A stretch of DNA of 64,000 bases from NCBI GenBank assembly GCA_000002445.1, contig CP000071.1:2048001-2112000 (forward strand). The letters are read 5' to 3'. This stretch comes from Trypanosoma brucei (taxonomy: Eukaryota). The position numbers and the translations under genes are program-made. Shown here in pieces: positions 10,651 to 22,600 of this stretch. The notes beneath the pieces are model-generated. The model had not been told where the DNA came from and searched no databases. It worked only from the letters and a program-made list of their open reading frames with translations. The number at the start of each line of letters is the position of its first letter. Position 1 is the first letter of the stretch.

Positions 10651-13600
10651 TGCGGTGTCATACCGCTATTATTCACACTTCCCCACATGTCTGTCGATCA
10701 TTTGCCGCTCTTTTGGGTCTATTGGTGCCAGTCGATACCCGTGATTAATAGGGATGTCAATTCCCTCATTAATTTCCGCCTGTTGTCCCCCTTGATGGAA
10801 TTGCTCATGCGTTGTTGGCGCGCCGCGGCACCCCGCTAACCAGCGGGACGTCTCTCTCTCTTTACCGGATAAAGTGAGGCGATTACTTTTCACCAGGAGT
10901 TTGTTATTACCTTGACGACTTGTTTTTCTCCGATAAATACTTCACATTTCCGATTGTAAGAATATGTCGACTGTGCTCTTCTAATCATGTGTCACACAGG
11001 TTTCCGCAGGTGGGTTGGGGGAGGTAACGTGTGCTAACACAGTGCCTTGTTGGTTCCACGATGCCTCGCTGCTGATCAACGGGCTGTGCAAATCCCTGTT
11101 TCATGCTTATTTTGTTTTATTTTTTCGCCAATTACCTCCAGATATGACACAAAGGAAAGTGTACCCGCCTTACTCGTGGAGGAAACCGCGCGCTTCCGTC
11201 TTGGTGCTGACGACCACCTTTACAATGGCCCTCATCATTATAATGTGGGACATTTACCACATTTCGGAGGTGCATTCGAACAGCAGTTATGATCTCTTAG
11301 GCACGTTTGAAAATGACTATTACTTGACGCTCACTCCCCCGAGCACCGTCAGCATTTGGCAAGAGCGTGAGTTTCTAGTGATTGTTGGCATACCCTCTGT
11401 TGATAGGGACGAGTGGCAGAAGCGACGGAACCTTCAACGGCGGACTTGTTGGCAATACGCTGGCGTGGCTACCTTAGAAAACAACTTTACAGGTGAGCTT
11501 CTCCCGCTGTACCTCCTCGCACCACATCAATTAAACGGGTACGAAATCTCAGAATCGCTGCGGGATGAGGCTTCACGAACAAATGACGTGGTTATGCTTC
11601 CAACCAATGATGTGTGTTCTCTCGCACGAAGGAAAATTGGTGAAGGTGGAAGCTGGGGAGTTGAGTCAGAGCTTGTGATGAGCCGCAAGACCTTCCTTTG
11701 GCTTCAGTTTGCCGTTACCGCCTTTCCAAATGTAAGTTATATTGTGAAAGGTGACGACGATGTGTTTGTCCGTGTACCGCAGTATCTCGCGGACCTCCGT
11801 GTGATGCCTCGTAATGGATTATATATGGGCCGTGTCTATGGTGCCACATTCTTCTGGAGGTCGGGTGGGATACCATTCGCTGCAGGATACTTCACTACCT
11901 TTTCCAGAGATGTTGCAGAAGCTGTTGCCTCCTACAGGCCTCTTGAACGACTTTTGAAGGCACCCTACTCCATATGGCGTATGAGGCAGTACCTTTCCAT
12001 GAGTGTGTTGCATGAGGATGTAATGAGTGCTTTAGTGCTGCAAGATAAGATCAGGTATAAGGGCCTGATCATTGCCAACGCAGCAGGGTGTCACTTTCAC
12101 AACAAAGCAAAAGAAGACATCAGGGAGGCAGTGAGCAATAGATCTGTTGTAGTCCACCATATAAGGGAAGAAGACTACGAGGTTCTGATGGATCATTTTT
12201 CTAACATTTCGGAACGACCTCAGCCATACGGCGTCAGGTGGCTACGGAATGACCGCGCTATGGTTCTGTGCTAACTTAACCCGGTGCCTCGAAGAGACAC
12301 GCGTTTTACTCACCCCTATTTTTTTCTTAACATTTGTTGGTTAGCGGTTTATATGTTTTTTATAATTTTTTGACATGAGTCTATCTATTTGTTTATTTAT
12401 TGCGATTATTTGTTTTATTTTCATCGTCATACCAAGTGGCAGTGTTCGCATACCTGGAAGGTGATGTAACAGCGCTGAAACTTTTGTTTGACCTCCGTGT
12501 ATCTCATTATTTGTCGAGTTTCCATGCACACGACCGCATAACCACACCATGCATGGTGGCTTGTGTTCTTATCTTCCTTTAAGTGGAGCACGTCCAAACC
12601 TCCTTGTGTATACATCCTGTTAGGAGTATGAGCAATTGGTGAATCAAGCACAACCCAGTGATGTGGGTTGTTGTGCAAAGACGTAACGCTGTATAATAGA
12701 AATGTGCCCTTTATGGGTAACAGAGTAGTGTTTTGAACAACTTTCTCGCCTTGCTCTCTCATCCCTTGTTCATTCCCCTCCAATCATGTGACAGCATTTA
12801 GTGTTACCCATTGAGATGACGTTTTGAAAGATGTACTGGACTACACTTTAATTGCAGAAATACTTTGGTACCGTTAGAAGAGGAAAAGGCGTCTGCACCT
12901 ATCAACGTGGACGAGTGCCTGAGGCTCACTGCCCCGAGCACCGTCAGCATTTGGCAAGAGCGTGAGTTTCTAGTGATTGTTGGCATACCCTCTGTTGATA
13001 GGGACGAGTGGCAGAAGCGACGGAACCTTCAACGGCGGACTTGTTGGCAATACGCTGGCGTGGCTACCTTAGAAAACAACTTTACAGGTGAGCTTCTCCC
13101 GCTGTACCTCCTCGCACCACATCAATTAAACGGGTACGAAATCTCAGAATCGCTGCGGGATGAGGCTTCACGAACAAATGACGTGGTTATGCTTCCAACC
13201 AATGATGTGTGTTCTCTCGCACGAAGGAAAATTGGTGAAGGTGGAAGCTGGGGAGTTGAGTCAGAGCTTGTGATGAGCCGCAAGACCTTCCTTTGGCTTC
13301 AGTTTGCCGTTACCGCCTTTCCAAATGTAAGTTATATTGTGAAAGGTGACGACGATGTGTTTGTCCGTGTACCGCAGTATCTCGCGGACCTCCGTGTGAT
13401 GCCTCGTAATGGATTATATATGGGCCGTGTCTATGGTGCCACATTCTTCTGGAGGTCGGGTGGGATACCATTCGCTGCAGGATACTTCACTACCTTTTCC
13501 AGGGATGTTGCAGAAGCTGTTGCCTCCTACAGGCCTCTTGAACGACTCTTGAAGGCACCCTACTCCATATGGCGTATGAGGCAGTACCTTTCCATGAGTG

Positions 13601-13705
13601 TGTTGCATGAGGATGTAATGAGTGCTTTAGTGCTGCAAGATAAGATCAGGTATAAGGGCCTGATTATTGTTGACGCCGCACCTTGTCACTTTCATAACGC
13701 AGGCA
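9572..13705 (+). repeat. Tandem segmental duplication (period about 1.6-1.7 kb) carrying three GT31-like gene copies
   Basis: Near-identical nucleotide blocks at about 9630-10365, 11331-12066 and 12926-13665, encoding 'LTAPSTVSIWQEREFLVIVGIPSVDRDEWQKRRNLQRR...'. Offsets are +1701 and +3296. N-terminal and C-terminal flanks are divergent. Confidence 0.9.
11144..12274 (+). CDS. UDP-Gal/UDP-GlcNAc-dependent glycosyltransferase (GT31-like), tandem copy 2
   Basis: Same core and DxD motif as copy 1. It has a distinct type-II anchor 'MTQRKVYPPYSWRKPRASVLVLTTTFTMALIIIMW' and a divergent C-terminus '...NKAKEDIREAVSNRSVVVHHIREEDYEVLMDHF...'. Track start 11015 is TTG; first ATG is 11144. Confidence 0.8.
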   Translation: MTQRKVYPPYSWRKPRASVLVLTTTFTMALIIIMWDIYHISEVHSNSSYDLLGTFENDYYLTLTPPSTVSIWQEREFLVIVGIPSVDRDEWQKRRNLQRRTCWQYAGVATLENNFTGELLPLYLLAPHQLNGYEISESLRDEASRTNDVVMLPTNDVCSLARRKIGEGGSWGVESELVMSRKTFLWLQFAVTAFPNVSYIVKGDDDVFVRVPQYLADLRVMPRNGLYMGRVYGATFFWRSGGIPFAAGYFTTFSRDVAEAVASYRPLERLLKAPYSIWRMRQYLSMSVLHEDVMSALVLQDKIRYKGLIIANAAGCHFHNKAKEDIREAVSNRSVVVHHIREEDYEVLMDHFSNISERPQPYGVRWLRNDRAMVLC

Positions 13706-13902
13706 AGGGTGATGTTGCGCAACACTTTACGAGTGTGTGTCTTCCGCCATGTGATGGAAAGTTAGGGCCATTTCTACGCACGATTCGCCGGCGTTTTGGT
13801 GGAACGGCAAAGCTTCCTTGTTGGCCTGAGGAAGAGAATAATTATTTAACCAGAAATTCACCGGTATATATCGTTTACGTTATCCATCCAGTTAAACCGT
13901 AG
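12865..13902 (+). pseudogene. 5'-truncated, 3'-chimeric GT31-like glycosyltransferase fragment (copy 3)
   Basis: Homology to copies 1 and 2 begins abruptly at about 12868 ('PLEEEKASAPINVDE', matching copy 1 at about 9572). There is no in-frame ATG for more than 100 codons and no signal-anchor. After 'HFHNAGK' (about 13705) the reading frame runs into unrelated sequence ('GDVAQHFTSVCLPPCDGKLG...'). Confidence 0.6.
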
Positions 13903-14779
13903 AGTCAAAAGTATTGTCTCTAATGCGTTGATGTGTGTGTCCACACGGCTCTAACTGCTCTTCGTTAACTGTTGTTTGGTCAGTAAATGTCGCGGAGTGT
14001 AATGGCATGAGGGCATAATTGTACATCTTTACTAATTTTGATGGGTGTGCTGGGCGATGGCGTGGGCATGTCCCTGAACGGTAGTATTATTTTGACGTTG
14101 AGTCTAATTAGATGACGTTTTTTTTCCCAGTGGTTGATGTTGGCAGCTATCTTGAACGGTGGTCGACTTCCTTTTAAGGTACCAATTCAGTCGACCCGAC
14201 GGTAGGCTTTTAAGCAGTAGCACCAGGATGGTCAATAGTCGCTGGTTGGAACGACTTTTTCCTCTGTTTAGTTATGTGTCTCAGGTGCCACCTCCAAATG
14301 TTTTACTTTCTATTGTGCCCTACCACATTTTTGATCTGGTTGCAAAAGGTGATTGGTGCGGTTGTTTGGTGAGTTGCGTGCCGACTACGTGAATGCCCCT
14401 ACGTGATGTGTTGCTCCCTTATTTTTTAGACCTGTTATTTCTGTAAGAGGTTACTGGGGGTGCACTTGTCCATCCACCGATGACACCAATTCATTCACAT
14501 TGGGGCAACCGGCGTGCCTCTTGTGGGAGGGCAGCCGACCGACTTCTACGTTCGTTTTTGTATGGTAGAGTGTGCTGTCATTTGGCGCTGTCCTAAATAT
14601 AAAGTCCGGGATTCGGTGGCTGGCTGCGCTTATCCGTTGCGTATGCTCATGTATTATGTATGCGTGTTCCTTCACTTCCTTTTACGTGGTATTGCACCCT
14701 GTTGGATGCGCTGTTAGGTGAGGTGTTCTTTTTTCTTTTTCTTTTGTAAAGTGTTAATCTGTCTTATATCATTCAGCTT

Positions 14780-15952
14780 ATGCCTCAGGTGGATCTCGTT
14801 AAACTCTTGCAAATATGTGTGAATGGCGCTTTGGCTGCGCAGCAGTACATTCTGCTCGATCTGATTCAGCTTCGCAGTTTGGAAGTATCCCGTCGTGACG
14901 TGTGTATAGCGGATTTGGACCAGCAGGAAATTGCGCGGTTGCGTGCCCGTCTGAAAGCTGCGGTTTCGGTTGATGTGAAGGGGAAGCTCGAGTATAAAGA
15001 GGGTGGCTCCGTTGATGACCTCGTGACAACTGCGGATGTCGTCACTCAGGGCTTAATGGAGCGCCTCCTCGCTGAGGCATTCCCGGATACGCCCTTTACT
15101 ATTATTGGTGAAGAAGAAGCAACAACAACTGATGCCATTAAAATACAGGTGGAACGTTGTGTGGAAGCGTTCCGTGACGTGAACGCCGTAGCACCACTGC
15201 AAAAAGAACTTGAGGCACATGCCTCCAGTGATTCGCGGCACGTGTCAGCATCAACCGTGGAGGAGCTCCGCGCTCGCGTTGGGGTATTCATTGACCCAAT
15301 CGATGCCACAAGCTGCTTCGTTGACGGGACGTGGGGTGCCCCAATGACGCTTGTTGGGATCACAGTTGACGGTGTACCGGTTGCCGGTGTTTCCAATCGT
15401 TTTTTTTACAGCACTGTTGATGACTTAACTTCGGGCGGTAATGCCGGATGTACGGGTCTATCATACGTGTGGAATGACCCCTCTGCGGGACCTTTTATTG
15501 TGCACGAGGGACGGCTGGCGACTCCTCTTTGGTCACTCGGAAGGAAGACGACCAGCAACCTTGCCATGCTACGTGTTATTCGTTCTGGCACAACCAGTAA
15601 TAAGCGCTTCGAGCAGTTGTTGGCCCGACTGCAGCCCGTTGAGCCTCGAAGTGCTCGGGGCGCTGGCAATAAGTTGATGCTTCTTGTTGTCTCTATGCTC
15701 GCGGCATCAGATGGGGCGGCTGCCGCTGCATGCGACGTATTCTTGGCCCCACCTAACAGCATCAGCAAGTGGGACACATGCGCTGCTCACGCTTTCCTTC
15801 TGGCGCTAGGAGGTGATATGCGTACACTGCGGGGAGAACTCATCCGGTACCCGCTGCGAGGCACAACTAATCTCAAAACCCTTCCTGACGGGGTCGTTGG
15901 TTTGACGCGATGGTCGATGACGGAAGGCCTTCGGCGTTTGGGATGGCAGTAG
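14780..15952 (+). CDS. Inositol monophosphatase-family Mg-dependent phosphatase (IMPase / 3'(2'),5'-bisphosphate nucleotidase-like)
   Basis: 'IIGEEEA', 'FIDPIDATSCFVDGTWGAPMTLVGI' (DPIDxT metal-binding motif) and 'WDTCAAHAFLLALGGDM' (WDxAAG motif) are the three signature blocks of the IMPase/FBPase/PAP-phosphatase superfamily. ATG start. Confidence 0.8.
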   Translation: MPQVDLVKLLQICVNGALAAQQYILLDLIQLRSLEVSRRDVCIADLDQQEIARLRARLKAAVSVDVKGKLEYKEGGSVDDLVTTADVVTQGLMERLLAEAFPDTPFTIIGEEEATTTDAIKIQVERCVEAFRDVNAVAPLQKELEAHASSDSRHVSASTVEELRARVGVFIDPIDATSCFVDGTWGAPMTLVGITVDGVPVAGVSNRFFYSTVDDLTSGGNAGCTGLSYVWNDPSAGPFIVHEGRLATPLWSLGRKTTSNLAMLRVIRSGTTSNKRFEQLLARLQPVEPRSARGAGNKLMLLVVSMLAASDGAAAAACDVFLAPPNSISKWDTCAAHAFLLALGGDMRTLRGELIRYPLRGTTNLKTLPDGVVGLTRWSMTEGLRRLGWQ

Positions 15953-16370
15953 TCGCTACAGGAAATCAATAAATCGTTATTGCCCCTTTTTAAAAAAGAA
16001 AACAAAAGAAAATTCAACTTAGTCATATGAACGTATGGTCTAATGTCCCATCAACGGTAGAGTAATGCGCGTAGGAATGCAGTTCACCTATGTCCATGTC
16101 CATGTTTTGTTTTGTTTATCCTACTTTGGCGGGGAGGGCGGTCGTGGATCGATATTTCCATACAACTTCTGTAATGTTTTGAATATCAACTTGTTCCCTC
16201 TTCTTTTTCGTCTGCGCGACTGCCTCCGCAGTTTCCCTATTTCGTTCGTGTTTGTTTCCCCCACTTCGTAGCCATTACATCGGGCCGTTTCTATTGTTGT
16301 TGTTGTGTTTGGCCTGTATCGTGAGGACTTGTTGGGTCGCGCAGAACAAGTGAGGAGTGCAAAACAACAA

Positions 16371-17057
16371 ATGCCCACGCCACAGCAGAGTGAAGGAAAA
16401 GACCTGCACCGGCGCTTTGCGGAAGCAGCTAAGGGTGTGACAGAGTTGTACCGCAATGCCACTCTCTCATACAATGCCGGCTATCGAGACGCCCTTCTGT
16501 TAGTTGAGCGTTACGCCCTTATCGCAGCACAAAGTGGGGAAGCAACACCGCACGGTGCATTAAGGCGCGACGACAGAACCAGTGATGGCGGCACTGACCG
16601 CAACAGTCATTTGAGCGATCAGAGTATAAGTAATGGCGACAGTATAAGCATTAGCAGTTCACAGGATTCTGCGATCCCAGCATCAAGGACATCCTTTGCG
16701 CAATGGGGAACACAGTCACCGCAGTTACTGAACATCAAGCAGCTGCTGTGGTTCATACAAAACATAGTGAAGAGTCATGATGCTCTCACCGGTGCCCCAC
16801 GCACCTTAAAACGCAGGCGGAGGCGGTCGTGTAGTTCAGCCGGTGTTCGCGGCTGCGCCGTCGGTAACGATAATGAAGACAACACCAGTAGTGGTGAAGG
16901 TGGCGGCAGTGGCGGGGGTTTTGGAGGACTACCGATTCCAAGGTTCCGCTCCCCACAACATCGGGCAGAGAACTGGAACGAGTTGCTGCTGCTTGGTGAA
17001 GGCCGTGCGACGCCACACACGGACGCCGACGGGATCAATTCCGAGGGTGAGCTATGA
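16371..17057 (+). CDS. Hypothetical protein (Ser/Gly-rich C-terminal half)
   Basis: ORF in polycistron orientation. Track start 16305 is GTG; first ATG is 16371. No recognised domain. Confidence 0.4.
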   Translation: MPTPQQSEGKDLHRRFAEAAKGVTELYRNATLSYNAGYRDALLLVERYALIAAQSGEATPHGALRRDDRTSDGGTDRNSHLSDQSISNGDSISISSSQDSAIPASRTSFAQWGTQSPQLLNIKQLLWFIQNIVKSHDALTGAPRTLKRRRRRSCSSAGVRGCAVGNDNEDNTSSGEGGGSGGGFGGLPIPRFRSPQHRAENWNELLLLGEGRATPHTDADGINSEGEL

Positions 17058-17223
17058 CAAAAAGGTGTCTTGGGCTTATGGCTATTTATCCGACCTTGCT
17101 ATTTGGTTTGTTTCTTGCTCGTGTTCGAGCTCATTGCATCTTCCAACTTCCTGCCCTACGAGGGGTGATATTTTGCCGCGCACAATCTGAGAAACGTTGC
17201 TGATATTTACCACTTGTGGACGG

Positions 17224-18315
17224 ATGCTAATTCTGATTTTTACATTTTCTCTTGTCTCCTTTTTTATCCCCGCGAATAATACCTTGTACGTTGAATCTGC
17301 GCAGGCAATAGACCACGAGTGTAAAGCACGCGCGGCAAAACACAGAGAAAGCAAGGGAAGGAAAACGCATAGCGACATGCCCCCACACAGGAAGCATCCA
17401 GCGCGCGGACGCTCGCCACGAAATAAAAGATATAACGGTGAAGGTAAGCCGGCAACCAAGCGTGGTCGAAGTTGGAGCAAGCAACCGTCGGGCCCTCTGA
17501 CCACTAACTGCGATGGCGAGGCATCATCATACACGACAGCGGGCACACCACCGGTAGCGAGCGATCATAAATTTTGCGAGAAAACCAGGAGTACGAAACC
17601 ATCGCTGGAGGTTACTCGCACACACATTGCTCCCAACACCACTACTGCTGCTGAGGTTATCCCAAATGCAAGCGTTACCTCCGCAGTCGGAAGTGCGGGA
17701 GGCACTGAAACGGCAGCCACCCCGACAGCGAAGGGTGCCGACAATCTGAGCGATACCGATATGGAGAAGTACAATGATCTACAGCGGCTTCTACGGCGAA
17801 TTATTGCTCTGGAATTTAGTGAAAGGTGTACGCAGCGCTCCATCACTGTCGTCACCATGATATGCGAAACGCTCTGCACGGACCCTGTAGCCATTGTAAA
17901 GGTGATGGAGGTGGTGGACCAATGTTTCGGTGAAGCAGTGCGAAGTCAGGAGCCGAGACTGCTCATGCATTATTGGTACATACTGGATGCCATCCTGAAA
18001 CACTTCAATGGAAAGCCTCATTTGTTGAAAGCGGTGCTGGTGGCTATTCCACACTTTGTCCGACAATACCTGCCGTGGCGTGGTAGCAACCTGGCAGGTC
18101 AGCCGTGGAGCGAGTATGATAAGTACAGACCCGCATATGAAGACATGCTTGGCACATGGAAGGTTGTACTGGAGGAGCGGGCGCTGGAAGAAATTATGAA
18201 ACTGTGGAGGGAGGGTATGGGAAACCACTACGCAGATAAAGTGGGCAATGTAGGGGCAAGGGTCCCGCTAGGCAACGCGACTGCTGATTCACAGAATTCT
18301 GATGCTGCCCACTAG
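17224..18315 (+). CDS. Hypothetical protein with a CID/RPR-like domain
   Basis: C-terminal approximately 140 aa ('RLLMHYWYILDAILKHFNGKPHLL...YEDMLGTWKVVLEERALEEIMKLW') resembles the conserved helices of Pcf11/Nrd1-type CID domains. This is an inference only. Track start is TTG; the first ATG is 17224 and an alternative ATG is 17377. Confidence 0.45.
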   Translation: MLILIFTFSLVSFFIPANNTLYVESAQAIDHECKARAAKHRESKGRKTHSDMPPHRKHPARGRSPRNKRYNGEGKPATKRGRSWSKQPSGPLTTNCDGEASSYTTAGTPPVASDHKFCEKTRSTKPSLEVTRTHIAPNTTTAAEVIPNASVTSAVGSAGGTETAATPTAKGADNLSDTDMEKYNDLQRLLRRIIALEFSERCTQRSITVVTMICETLCTDPVAIVKVMEVVDQCFGEAVRSQEPRLLMHYWYILDAILKHFNGKPHLLKAVLVAIPHFVRQYLPWRGSNLAGQPWSEYDKYRPAYEDMLGTWKVVLEERALEEIMKLWREGMGNHYADKVGNVGARVPLGNATADSQNSDAAH

Positions 18316-19645
18316 TGTGCGGAAACACCCAACGCACCCCGTGCCCTCTTATGTTTGCTCATTGTTTTACGTGGGATTAGGGTATATTAACATGGACATT
18401 CGAATAGTAGAATAATGCCGTAGTTGTCTTTGGAACATTTTGCTGCTAGGTTCGCGAGCACCACAAATACGAACTCTGCAGTTGAATTCGGGGTGCAAAC
18501 CCTCTTCTTTTTGTCGCACCGCTCACTAAGGCCAACACACACACCAGCGACTCGGTCGGCTCCTGATAGATGGTCATCGGCCGCCAGGGCGCTGTTTGCT
18601 GTAGCGTGGTAGAGATGGGTCGTGCACAATACATATAATTTTTTTTTAAAAAAAACTGCTGTCATCATCCTTTAGCTCATGTAATCTCTGCATCCGGCTC
18701 GAGTACTGCATCGTCCGAGGTGGGAGTGACTTATTCATACCGCAGCTAAACACGAGGTGCAAAGAAAAGGGGGTTTGTCTATCCGGGGGCTACCCTTTGA
18801 TTTGTCCCGCGTGTGTGCAATCAGAGTGCACTTCCTGCAAGTACTTGAAAATCGTATCCAGAGGCTGTCAGTTATGCCGGTGACTGGTCGAAGCATCTGA
18901 ATTTTTGCAATGAGGACAAGCCTCCTGTACGAGCTCAGTTAGTTTGAAGCTGCAGAGTATATTTAATTGGAACGGAAAATTGAAGTACCTAAGTGCCACA
19001 ACCGACCACTTTCGTATAAGTTTTTTGGTTTTTGGCCATTTGGCCCTCTATTTATCGAAGAGAAACACTTTGGCGACATGAAAGCGCTGTTGGCACCTAA
19101 TTATCACAACCGGGGTCGTGCAAAAGTATTTGTACAAGGAAGGGTAATGCTACTTGTGGGTAATGAGTTTTTTTTTTTACAACCGAGCACCCCGTGCTCA
19201 GGTTTTTGGACTCCACACCGGTGGAAGTCGTTTCGTATACACAAAAGAATTAGGTGTATTGTTGAAATATCACGCAGAAAAGTACTTGTTCTGAAGTTAC
19301 GCACCCGTTGCAGCGTGTATGCAGGGTAGAGATCGTAGCACATAAAAACTATCTGCCAGATTGTGGGATAGCAAACGGTCTTGGCATCAGTCAAGTTGTT
19401 GCTTTGGCCTGATGTTTGGCAGTGCAGAGATTGAGGGTGCAAATGAGTGTTTGCGCCTATGCACTCCTCCTCCAGATGCTCACTGTGTGATAATTACGGT
19501 ACTGCACTCTTGTGTGTCGTATCTTGTGGTGATGTGTCGTTCTTTAAACTTTCGAAATGTTGGCACCGTCCACTTCCTCATCTAGCTGTGTCACTGTTTT
19601 CTCCACCTCTGTGCACATGTGTATTTTGCAGTATTGAACATAGGT

Positions 19646-22600
19646 ATGGCTGCCGTGTGGCGGAGTTTCAAGTTCTTCAATGCGGAGCTCGTAAAAAATC
19701 CCCTATGTCGCATGGAGATGACGTGTTGCTGTTGCGGCGAAGGTTTGGTGTTTGCTGGTGGAAGCGATGGCGCCGTATGGGCCGTTGACCGCAGTAGCAA
19801 TAACGAAGGCGTTAAGTGCGAATTTGGCGCATATAAAGGCCCTGTGCTATACATGAAGTACGTTCAATCGCGGAATGTGCTGGTTACTATCGGTGACGAC
19901 GACGGGGAAGATGTGTGTGTTATCCGTGTCTGGAACCTAGAAGCGGCAGCAGCACCGGGGAGGATATCACCACCGCCGTGTAATGAGCACCGTTTGTTTA
20001 GTTCGAAGCACCCGCCTCCACGAGAACGAGTACCTCTCTGCCCAATCTATGACACGGGTTCCACATCCTCTCCCACATCCAATAAGCGACGGGATGCGAC
20101 GGACTGCGCCCCAACCACAAGCATTAACACCGTTGTTGCATCTTTTGATGTTGCAGATGATCTTCAGTGTATGGCGGTGGCGCTTGTCAGCGGGGATGTT
20201 ATACTTCTTCATGATGATCTGGAGCGGAAGAAGGCGCTGAGGTTGCAGCGGCTCCGTAGTAACATTGCGAAAGGCCCAATTGCTTTTGTCGGCTTTACAA
20301 GAGCAACCTATACACCAGATGCGACAACAAAGAAAACCAAGAACCAGCAGCTTTTTACCCTCAGTGCGTCTCGCAGAGGAGAGGAAATGGTTACACATAT
20401 AATGTATAGTGTGTACGCTGATTGTGTGACGGTGTGGCAAGTGTCGTCCGCGGGTTGCGAGGAGCACAGCTGTGATTCTTTTGGTGGTGCTTTGAGGGGC
20501 CGTTGTTGCATGACAGATGATGGCCAACTTGTTGTTGCAAGTAATGCAAGCGATCACATTACCGTATTCGGTAACAAAGAGACTCTGTCTCCGCGGAAGC
20601 AGTCACAAGGGTCGTTTGTTAGTTCACATTTTAGTTCTTCTCAAGCAGTTGAAGTGGCCGGCCGAAAATGCTTGCTTCTTTCTCACCGTGGTTACGTTGT
20701 GGTGCTGGCGCAAAGTGACGCATGGTCAGACAGGTTCGTACTTCAGTGCTATGATCTGCCCAACCGGCTGCGCTGCCTGAGCCGCTCGCAAGAGAACTAC
20801 TGCACCCATGTCGAATGGATGTTGGCCGATTCTTCAGATATATTAGTTTTTTGTAGAGAGCCGATTCGACATGTTGAGGCAAGCAACAGCGGCAGCGTCA
20901 CCGGCTACGAAAGCAAGAACATCAGGACCGCTGCTCATGCGTGCTACCAGGTCGTACGGCTTGTGGAGGTTGGTCTGGAAAAGCGACTTCAGCAGCTCTT
21001 CCAAAAAGAGTGCTACGAAATCGCGCAGAGTATCGCATGCCGATCTCAGTCAACCCCAGGTGGAAGACACCGGAAAAATCAGCAGTTACTCGATATTAAG
21101 AAACACTACGGAGACTACCTTGTGAGCAAGCGGGACTACACTGGGGCGATGAGACAATACGTGGACATCATAGGCCACGTGGAGCCGTCATATGTTATAC
21201 GGGTATTCGTTGACGCACAGCAGATTGTGCCTCTCACGGGCTACCTGGAGGAGCTTCACAACACCCGAGACAACCAAACCGCTCAGCGGAGTCACACTAC
21301 ACTGTTACTGTGCTGTTACATTCAGCTGCATGACGAGGAGAAGCTGAACAATTTCATTCGCCGAAGTGATGTTCGCTTCGATCCTCGTATCGCAATTGAC
21401 GTATGCACGGAGGCAAGGTACTATGAGGCCGCGTTGTATCTCGCAGAAAAGTATGCTAAGCCGCACGACTATGTTACGGTGCAGCTCGATCACTTGAACA
21501 ACCCAAAGAAAGCCCTTGAGTTCATACAGGCGCTGTGTCTGGATGACGCTGAAGCCATATTGCGGCAACAGCACGGTAAGCACCTTGTAGCGGCACTACC
21601 GCGTAGAGCAACAGAAGTTCTCATTAATCTGTGTGTAGGTTGGAGTGGTCCCGCACGGCGCTTGGTGGGTAACGAAGTCGCGACCTCAAAGGAAGGGGGG
21701 CCCAAGCACCACAATCGTGGTGATGCAAAGGACTTTCTTCACATATTATCCGACTTCCCTGTGTGTCTTTTGCATTTCTTGCGAGCCGTGGTGAATAGCG
21801 GTGTGTTGGACGACGCAGATCCCAAACGGGAAATGGTAATTTATAATACGCTTCTGGAGATGTACGTTACACGGGAACTCAAACATGCCACTAGAGGTAA
21901 CATTATCCCCATGGAAGAAGAGTCGTTTGTTGCAGAATCGTGCGAGGAGCGGCGCAAGCAGGCATATGGGTTCTTTACGGTGCACAGCGGTAGGTACGAT
22001 CCATACCACGCCTTACTGCTGGCAGAGCAGCACGGCTTTGAGGAAGGTGTGTTCGTGCTTCTTCGCCGACTTAATTGCTCCACTGAGTTGATGCAATATC
22101 ACGCAAAAGGGCTGGCGCACGGTGTTCCCACTCTGGTACGACAGATAGCAAAGACAAGACTTATTGAAATTTGTCTCAACAGTACTAACGACGGTGTGGA
22201 GCAAAGTAATGACGGCTCGGGGAACGGTCCAAAGAGCGGTGGAAGTGCCCGTGAGTTGTGGTTGTCCCTGCTTTCCATGCTTGCGCACACTCCAGAAAGC
22301 GATGCCCAGGATATTAGCCAAGTACTGGGGCACATTGCCGCACAAGACGCGCTCTCACCACTATCTGTGCTCACAACACTTAACAGCAGCAACCCAGAGT
22401 TACCGCTGCACATATTTCGTGATTATGTGGTCAGGATGGTGCAACGTGAAGTGAAGCGGTCAGAGTCCATCAAAGCCCGCACGGAAGCGCGATTGAAGGA
22501 GCTGCATGAGCTTCATGGTAAATTGGACGCGTTGCAGACGCGTGTGACAACACTGCAAGCGTTCAATTGCAACCACTGTGGGTCTCCGCTCGATTTGCCA

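Noticed and set aside
10117..13608. Three identical 64-aa minus-strand ORFs (10117..10311, 11819..12013, 13414..13608)
   Set aside because: These are antisense shadows of the triplicated GT31 core, repeated only because the core is repeated.
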